A model generated the notes under the pieces. The model saw only the letters and a program-made list of their open reading frames with translations, was not told where the DNA came from and did not search any database. Shown in pieces: positions 56,581 through 64,000 of a stretch of DNA of 64,000 nt. Made by a program: the position numbers and the translations under genes. Each line of letters begins with the position of its first letter. Position 1 is the first letter of the stretch. This DNA comes from Alphaproteobacteria bacterium (GTDB lineage: Bacteria > Pseudomonadota > Alphaproteobacteria > GCA-2731375), in NCBI GenBank assembly GCA_965225945.1, contig CBDDBZ010000038.1, positions 192,001 through 256,000 on the forward strand, given 5' to 3'.

Positions 56581-56645
56581 TGGCTACGAATAGCCGTCCC
56601 GGGCACCCTGGCCCGACGGGGAATGTACCCCCGATAGCCGACATT
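56581..56645 (+). repeat. Palindromic site type A, occupied by element 3
   Basis: tggcta...ggcccgacggggaatgtacccccgatagccgacatt. Confidence 0.8.
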
Positions 56646-56679
56646 GGTGGCCCTCGCCGCGTGAGCTCACCCAACCACC

Positions 56680-56760
56680 CCACGCCCGGCAGATGCCTGT
56701 AGAGCGTCGACGGCGACACCTGCAGCCGCTCCGCCACCTCCGCCACGGAAATGCCGTTCA
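56680..56760 (-). pseudogene. Resolvase-type HTH scrap
   Basis: ISVAEVAERLQVSPSTLYRHLPG. Confidence 0.55.
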
Positions 56761-56991
56761 GCTTCGAGAAGCCCGCCACGCTCACGGCTCATCCGGCTTT
56801 TGTGGGCGCCGTGATCCATGACCTCGTTGGCCCGCCGGCGCGGTAGGCCTGAAAGCCTGTCTGGAGATTGTCCTTGACCCCGCTCTTTCACTTTGGAAGC
56901 TCTAGCGGGTCGGGCAAGCGCTCGACAGTATCAGCAGGATCCGGAAATCCGCCTGGCTCGCGCCGTCGAGGGCGGCAATGAAATGGAGGCA

Positions 56992-57681
56992 ATGATGCAC
57001 AAGATCGACATCCCCCAAAAGGTCATCGATTCCTGCATTCGCTTGCGCGGCCGCCGGCATGCGCTCGAGTCGATTGAGCCCCAGCGTCTCGCCATGATCG
57101 TCGTCGACATGCAGAACAGTTGGGTCGAGCCCGGTCTCTCGCCCCTGGAGATTCCGATGACCCGCGAAATCATACCGAACATCAACAGGCTGGCGGCGGC
57201 TGTGCGCGCCGCGGGGGGTATCGTCGCCTGGACCCAGTCGGTTTTCCCCGAGGACTGGACACGGCACGTCTATGAACATTTCGGAACGCCCGAATGGCGC
57301 GACCGCGTCATCGCCGATACCCAACCCGGCGCGCACGGCCACAAGATCGCAAACCAGATGGACGTTGGGCCCGAGGACGTGATCGTCGTGAAGAACCGCC
57401 CGAGCGCCTTCATTCAGGGGGCGTCGAACCTCGAGGCCGAGTTGCGCCGGCGTGGCCGGGACACCTTGATCATTACCGGCACGCTGACCAATGCTTGCTG
57501 TGAATCGAGCGCCCGCGACGCCGCCGCGCTTGGCTTCGTCAGCATCATGGTGTCGGATGCCATGGCGACCCGGACGGACGAGGAGCACAATGCGACGTTG
57601 ATCAACGTCATGCAGCTGACCGCCGACGTCAGATCGATGGATGAGGTCCTGGGCCTGCTCGAGGCCAGCACGACACGATAG
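56992..57681 (+). CDS. Isochorismatase-family cysteine hydrolase
   Basis: VVDMQN, KNRPSAF, TNACCESSARDA. Confidence 0.9.
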   Translation: MMHKIDIPQKVIDSCIRLRGRRHALESIEPQRLAMIVVDMQNSWVEPGLSPLEIPMTREIIPNINRLAAAVRAAGGIVAWTQSVFPEDWTRHVYEHFGTPEWRDRVIADTQPGAHGHKIANQMDVGPEDVIVVKNRPSAFIQGASNLEAELRRRGRDTLIITGTLTNACCESSARDAAALGFVSIMVSDAMATRTDEEHNATLINVMQLTADVRSMDEVLGLLEASTTR

Positions 57682-57759
57682 CCGGGCGTGCCCATAGAGC
57701 TCCTATAATCGGCCACGTCGGCGGCCGGGATCGCGGCGAGGCGGCGCTCCATGCTTGGT

Positions 57760-59702
57760 CCCCCTTAGTTGGGAGAGTAGCGCCTGAACCATGGCAATCA
57801 TCTCGCGGTCCGCGGAGGACCAGAGCCGCGCTGCTTCCATCACGCACGGCTCGAGGACGCCGTACATCAGCCCTTCGTGGTAGAGCGGAGCGTGCACCAG
57901 AGCGCGGTGCCGAAAGTACTTCAGCTCGTACTCGCGATTGACCAATGATGGATCTGCGGTCGTCACATCTTCGATGTAGAGCGCAACCGGACTGCGCAGG
58001 GCTTCCGCGAACATCGGGTCGTTCTCGACCAGCGACGGAGGCTCTTTTTGCCAGCCGCGATCTTCTCTGGCCAATGCGTATTCCGGCTTACGCTCCCACG
58101 CATGCGTCTGTATCGCACCCGGTTCCTTGGACACAAGTTTGTCTCATGCGGCGGGCCTGAGTGACATCGCGGTGTGCCACGCCTGACGAGCTTGAGCGGG
58201 GCTCAGGTAGCCGTTCTTCTCCACGATCCACTGGGCATTGTACTGTTCGACGAACCCGCGGACGGCGTTCCGCAGCTCCGCGATGTTGCGGTAGATGCGG
58301 CCATGGATGATCTGTTCCTTGAGCGTGCGATTGAACCTCTCGGCGACGCCGTTGGTCTGGGGCTGTTCGACGAAGGCGTAGGACGGCTGGATGCCCCAGA
58401 ACTTGATCTGGTTGGTGAAGTGGTCCGACAGATACTGGGAGCCGTGATCCATCCGCAAGGCCAGCCCCCGCGCCGCACCGGCGGAGGTCGAGGCATACAG
58501 CCTCGCAAGCCCCATGGAGATCGGCTGAAGGGCGGCGAAGCGGTCGCCTCGCTTGCACACATGCCAGCCGACGCACTCGGCGTTCCAATGCTCGATGGCG
58601 GTGAATATCCAGCCCCAGCCGTCGTCCACCGTGAACACCCGAACGCCGTCCGTGCCCCACATGAGGTTGGGGGCATGGGTGATGATCTCACCGACATGGG
58701 GATTTCCGCCACGGCGGCGGCAGCGATGGGGCGAGAGCAGGTTGTTCTCGCGCATCACCCGGAGCACCCGCTTGCGGGAAACACGGATGCCACGACAGAC
58801 CCGAAGCCGAGCCCAGACCTTGCGGTGTCCCTCGCCCTCCCAGGGGGATGCCTCCAGGTCGGCCTCGATGGCCACCAGCAGAGCCTCGTCCGAGATCGAG
58901 GGCTTCGGTCCCCGGCGCTTTGCTGGTGGGCGCTCAGCGGTGGCCTGCTGCCGGGATTTCATGGCGTAGAACGAGGAACGGGCAAAACCCCAGGCCGCAC
59001 AGACCCGCTGGAGGCCGTAGGCCAAACCCGTGCCGGGAGAGGTGGCGGCACTCATCGCCGCGACCTCCGCCGCCCCAAAGGGCCGGACGTCTCCGTCTTG
59101 GCCTCCAGCAGTTCCACCTGCATGATCAACTCCCCGATCCGCTTCATGGCGATGTCCAGTTCCGCCTTTACCGGATCGCCCTTGCGTTCCTTGAGCGAGG
59201 CATCGATCCCGGCGATCGCCTTCTCACGCCACTGCTCGAGCCGGAAAATCTCCACGCCCAACTGCCGCGACAAAAGTTCCACCGGCTCGCCACGCAAAAG
59301 CCGCAGGGCAACCTCACGCTTGCGCGTCACCGTCCACCGCTGGCCAAGTCCCAGCGGGCCTGCCGGCGAAACCTGGCCCGGGGAAAACGTGGACGAGCCA
59401 AGCTCGCCCTCGTTTACCACAGGCCCATCAACAGCAACTTTGTTCTCAAAATTGTCGGTCATGTTCCGGTCCTCCTTGGACACTTCGATTAAACCAATTC
59501 TGTGTCCAAGGAACCGGCCCGGTTCATCGGGTCCGACTCACCCACGCATGCGTCGCCCGTGAGCGACGGGTGTGAGGATCACGAAGGAACAACACACACA
59601 CCGGTCGCAATTGAGCGCCTCGCACAGCACCGGCATCAAGTCGCCAAGCAAGTTGTCAGGCGTAGCGTCGCTGTTCAGTAGAGTATCCAAATCAACTGTC
59701 AT
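57760..59702 (-). pseudogene. GAF-domain protein split by IS
   Basis: ALNCDRCV before and RALVHAPL...GVLEPC after the insertion; also a TG slippage near 59595. Confidence 0.7.
58109..59540 (-). mobile_element. IS3/IS481-like two-ORF element with 14-bp TSD (intact)
   Basis: TSD cccacgcatgcgtc; orfA 59052-59483, orfB 58144-59055 (WGTD, DHGSQY, ERFNRTLK). Confidence 0.9.
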
Positions 59703-59727
59703 GTCGGCTAGGCTGGCCAATGCACAA

Positions 59728-60504
59728 TTAGGCTGCTTGAAGCAGACAGTCGTCGGCGAGGGGCTCCAGCGACTCGGCGTCCCAAGAGGCATAGAACTCA
59801 GGTCGGACACGACGGCGAATGCGGTTTTCCACGTGGTTCAAACTGGAATAGACATTGTTACGCGGCCAGGGCGAGATGTTTGGCGCCGAGGCGTGCGCGG
59901 TACAGCCATGGAAGAACAGCCCAGTCCCAGCCGGTCCCTTCGGCGCGAAAATACCGCTGCTCTCCGCCAGCCGCGCGACCGTATCCCGATCCAGCGCGGC
60001 AAAATCCGAGGAGCCATCGAGCGGCTTCACGGACGCCTCGATCAGGCCATGGCGGTGCGAGCCGGGAATGAGGCAGATCGGACCGTTGAACTCGCCGACC
60101 TCGTCGAGAAAGAGCGCGAAATTGATCGCCCGGGGTTCGGGCATGCCGTCGATGGCGTGCCAGGTGCCGAAGTCCTGATGCCAGGGAAAATCGAGCTGGC
60201 CGAACGGGTGTTTGGTCACCAGCTTGTACTGATGCGAATAAATCGGCCCACCGATGAGCTGGCGCGCCGGCCCGACCATGCGCGGGTGGCGTAGGAGCCG
60301 CGCGAAGGGCTCACTGTAGCGTTCCGGCCGGTGCGCCAGCCGAGGCTCGCCGGTCTCGGTCTTCGGAACTTCCGGCCGGTCGAGTGCGAAGATGCGCGGT
60401 AGCTCGGCCTGTAACACCGCGACTTCGGATTCCGAGAACAGGCTGGGCAGAACCAAAAAGCCATTGCGCTCGAAGGCGGCCACCTGTTTTGGCGACAGCT
60501 CCAT
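59728..60504 (-). CDS. Phytanoyl-CoA dioxygenase (PhyH/EctD-like) family
   Basis: WHQD, IPGSH, HASAPN. Confidence 0.88.
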   Translation of the reverse strand: MELSPKQVAAFERNGFLVLPSLFSESEVAVLQAELPRIFALDRPEVPKTETGEPRLAHRPERYSEPFARLLRHPRMVGPARQLIGGPIYSHQYKLVTKHPFGQLDFPWHQDFGTWHAIDGMPEPRAINFALFLDEVGEFNGPICLIPGSHRHGLIEASVKPLDGSSDFAALDRDTVARLAESSGIFAPKGPAGTGLFFHGCTAHASAPNISPWPRNNVYSSLNHVENRIRRRVRPEFYASWDAESLEPLADDCLLQAA

Positions 60505-60700
60505 CAGGGCGCCACCTCATTCCCCGTCGCCAAGAGGTCGGCACCGCTCACCAGCCTCTCGAACGTGCTTTGGAGCTCGGCGGCAATGTAAGGTTCGAGA
60601 TCGACGATCGAAATCGCCGCCGCCGACAACGAGATCGCTCCACCAAGCGCCATCTCTCGCGACCTCCGTGTGTAGAATTTCAAGTAAGGCTAACAGATTC

Positions 60701-60934
60701 TCACTGTCCGCACCAAACGAGGAAGCGCAGGGTGGCGCTCGCCTCGGCCCCGCATGGCCACGTCACCCCGCGCCGCTCGCAAGCCTGCCGTCCCTCGGGC
60801 GCGTCTATGCCGTGAAGGCGGATGCGCTCGGCCCCGACTTCGATGGTGTCGCCGTCGACCACGCCGGCCGGGCCGGAGACGTCGGCCAGGGCGAGGGCGG
60901 GGAAGAGGGCGAGCAGGAAGGCGAGGCGGAACAT
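60701..60934 (-). pseudogene. Thermonuclease N-terminal fragment
   Basis: Signal peptide, VVDGDTIEV...IRLHGIDAPE, early stop. Confidence 0.75.
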
Positions 60935-60940
60935 GGTCTA

Positions 60941-62119
60941 GTGTCCCGATTCCGAAGTTCGCATGATTTTCGCCTGCTGTTCAGCGATTTCGATTGTTCG
61001 GAGGCAGAAGCGCTGGATGGCGCCGAGGATGTCATCGGCGGATTTGGTCCATTTGAAGGGTTTGGGGTTCTGGTTTGTCGTGTCGATGTAGTCGAGGATG
61101 GTGCGCTCCAACTCCTTGGTGGAGCGATGGACGCCGCGCCTGATCTGCTTGTCGGTCAGCAGCCCGAACCAGCGCTCGACCTGGTTGAGCCAGGAGGCGC
61201 TGGTGGGTGTGAAATGGGCCTGCCAGCGCGGCCGTTTGGCGAACCAGTCGCGGATCGCCTTGGTCTTGTGGGTCCCGTAGTTGTCCATGACGATGTGGAT
61301 GTCGAGATCACCAGGGACGTTCGCCTCGACGAGGTCGAGGAATTTGCGGAACTCTCGGGCCCGATGGCGCGGGAAACATTTGCCGATGATCTCTCCCGTG
61401 GCGATGTCGAGGGCCGCGAAGAGAGAGGTCGTGCCGTGGCGCTTGTAGTCGTGGCTGCGCCGCTCCGCCTGCCCGGGGCGCATCGGCAAGAGGGGCTGGG
61501 AACGGTCCAAGGCCTGGATCTGGCTCTTTTCGTCGACACAGAGAACCAGGGCACGATCCGGCGGCGCCAAATACAGACCGACGATGTCGCGGACCTTCTC
61601 CACGAAGAAGGGATCGCTCGACAGCTTGAAGGTCTCCGAGCGATGCGGCTGCAAGCCGAAGGCCCGCCAGATGCGATGAATGGTCGAGGGCGCGTGGCCG
61701 CTCGCCCGCGCCATCGAGCGAAGGCTCCAATGGGTCGCGTCCGGCGGCGTCTCTTCCAGCGTCAGCCGGACCGCTTCCGCGATGGCGTCATCGCCGATTT
61801 GACGCGGCGCGCCGGGGCGGGGTTCGTCGTACAGACCGTCGAGGCCCTCCGCCGCATAGCGGCGACGCCACTTGCCCACGGTGTCCGCGCTCGCCTCGAG
61901 ACGAACGGCGATCTCCTTGTTCTCCAACCCTTCCGCCGCCGCCAAGACGATCCGAGCCCGCCGCGCAAGCCCCTGCGACGTCTTGCGACGACGAGACAGC
62001 GCCTCCAATTCGGCGCGCTCGTCATCGCTCAAAGAGATCGTCACCGCCACTCTCGCCATCAATCGCGCCTCCTGAAAACAAATAGAGACATAATCATATC
62101 AATTTATCGATCAGGACAC
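60941..62119 (-). mobile_element. IS630 family element, copy 2
   Basis: Near-identical to 16043-17221. Confidence 0.95.
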
Positions 62120-62121
62120 TA

Positions 62122-63199
62122 GCAGGGTCTCGGCCTCGCCCAGCGCCTCGGGGTGCCGCCCGAGCGCTTCCAGCGTCGGCTCGATCTGTCGCTTGTCGTT
62201 GGGGGCCTGGACCACATCGTTGGTGACCACCAGCAGGCTGTCGACCGCCACCGTGGCCTGGGCGTTGTAAGACTGTTCGAAGCCACCGCCGGCCACCGGC
62301 ATGATGCGCGAGTCCGCGTCCGTCAGGTTGACTTGGTCCTTCGGCCCGGGCCCGGCCACCGGCGGCTTGGGGGGACGGCCGCCCGGCTTGCGGCCCGTCT
62401 TCTCGGCCTTCTCCTCGCGCGCCTGGAGCTTCGCCTCGTACTCGGCCCGTTCCCGCTCATGGCGTTCGCGGGCCCGCGCCTCGATCACCGCCTTGGCCTC
62501 GGCGATGCGGGCCAGACGATCCTCGCGCCGCGCCTGTTCCTCGGGCACAGACATCCCGTCGGGCACATCCACCCCATCGGCGGCCTCCGCCAGCGCCATC
62601 AGCTCCGCCACCTCGGCCTTCAAGCGGGCTTCGAGCTCGCAGGCATGTTTCCACGACAGCGCGCTGTGCTTGCTCGCGTTGGCATGCACCTTGGTGCCGT
62701 CCAGCGCCACCGTGCCGAGCTTCAGCATCCCGGTTTCCCGAGCCAGCATCAGCACCTCGACGAACAGCCCTTCGATCGAACCGAGAAAACGCCGACGGAA
62801 GCTGGCGATGGTGTCGTGGTCGGGATGATCGTTGGCGGCGATGAAGCGGAAGGCCACCGAATCATAGCTCGCCCGCTCCAGCTTGCGGCTCGAAAACACC
62901 CCCGTGGCATAGCCGTAGACCAGAAGCCCCAGCAGCACGCTCGGGTGATAGAACGCCGAGCCCGAGCCGCGATAGGCCTTCACGAACGCCGAGAGGTCCA
63001 GATGATCGATCACCTCGACCACGAAGCGCGCCAGATGCCGCTCGGGAAGCCATTCGTCCACCGACGGCGGCAGCAAAAACCCGGTCTCGCGATCAACCGG
63101 TCGGAAGTTGCTCATAACGAATCCCATCACTCGAGAGCGAATCACCCGAGACCGTGGAATCCCATCTCGACCCTCGGCTCAAGTCCGACAGGCTGCTAG
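62122..63199 (-). mobile_element. IS1182 family element truncated by IS630
   Basis: YHP..LL, SSRKLE, PDHDTI, LDGTK, TDADSR; end ctagcagcctgtcggactt. Confidence 0.85.
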
Positions 63200-63239
63200 A
63201 CTGGAGCCACGGCTGATTCATTGGGAAAGGAAGCAGCGG

Positions 63240-64000
63240 ATGAACATAGATCGGTTCGGCAATGCCCATGCTCCGGGGTTGCCCTATGCCCATGGCGGCA
63301 TCATTCAGGATAGCCGCGACGATCACCGCAAGCTGCGACAGGCATGGCGGCATATCAGAGCGCGGGAGAAGAGCCACGGACTGGATGCGATCTATAACCT
63401 CTCCGGCCTGGACAGGCGCTATGAGGCCGCACCCGAAACCTTTCCTCTGATGGATGATGAACTGGCACCGGCACTGATGGGCGGGCGGCTTGAAGAACTG
63501 GCGCTGGATCATTTAGGCGGCGATCCGGCGTCAGACGCGATCATGGTTTTCAATCGTCAGACCGCTGCCATCCTGACTGCGACTCTGACGCTGGTGAATC
63601 CGGGCCAAACAGTGATCGGTGCGTCGCCCACTGGTAGTCACCCCTGCGTCGTCCGGGCAGCAAAACGCGCCGGTGCTGTGTTCATCGACACCTTGGGCTT
63701 GGCGGACTTCGAGAAAGCCTTCGCGGACGCCGAAGACGTCGCCCTGGTCTCCCTGACCCGCTTGGCCGTGAGCTATGAAATCTTCAGCCTCCGCGAGATC
63801 GAAAAAATCGTCACCCTGGCCCATGACAAGGGGGCCCGCGTGTTGGTGGACGATGCCGGAGGTGCTCGTGTCGGACCAGCAATATTCGATCAGCCAAAGA
63901 TGTTGGAACTGGGCGTCGATGTGGGTTCCACAGGGCTTGATAAATACGGCACGATTGGCCCCCGCGTTGGCCTCATGGGTGGGCAGCGGGAACTGGTCGA
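63240..64000 (+). CDS. PLP-dependent SelA-like (MJ0158-type) protein, runs off window
   Basis: Translated by hand: FNRQTAA, SHP, VDDAGGAR, GLDKY..GPRVGL. Confidence 0.7.
   Translation, partial: MNIDRFGNAHAPGLPYAHGGIIQDSRDDHRKLRQAWRHIRAREKSHGLDAIYNLSGLDRRYEAAPETFPLMDDELAPALMGGRLEELALDHLGGDPASDAIMVFNRQTAAILTATLTLVNPGQTVIGASPTGSHPCVVRAAKRAGAVFIDTLGLADFEKAFADAEDVALVSLTRLAVSYEIFSLREIEKIVTLAHDKGARVLVDDAGGARVGPAIFDQPKMLELGVDVGSTGLDKYGTIGPRVGLMGGQRELV

Noticed and set aside
8223-56645. Classical integron (intI + attC array)
   Set aside because: Sites lack attC core motifs and the recombinases lack the IntI-specific insertion before the HxLRH motif.
1-64000. tRNA/rRNA genes
   Set aside because: None recognised by eye; tRNAscan-SE or Infernal would be needed to exclude them.

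Overview
A GC-rich, probably alphaproteobacterial accessory region saturated with nested mobile DNA and pseudogenes. It holds three tyrosine-recombinase + IS91-like (Y2/HUH) elements, two copies of an IS66-family element carrying a Dam-like DNA methyltransferase, a group IIC intron, a non-autonomous IS1595-type cassette, an IS3/IS481-like element with 14-15 bp target duplications, and IS4, IS21, IS630, IS1595, IS1182, IS256 and IS110 copies or remnants. Between them sit mostly single, unrelated enzyme genes. The main unexplained structure is a family of about nine dispersed, degenerate 65-100 bp palindromic sites (ATGTC...GACAT arms around TGGCTA/GGGTCA and TACCCCC/GGGGGT cores). Several abut the stop codons of cargo genes, and all three recombinase+IS91-like elements sit at the same position of this site, which suggests an integron/pdif-like cassette system. 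All calls come from reading the sequence by eye; no searches were run, and some local noise (48.2-49.0 kb, several exact tandem duplications) may be assembly artefact.
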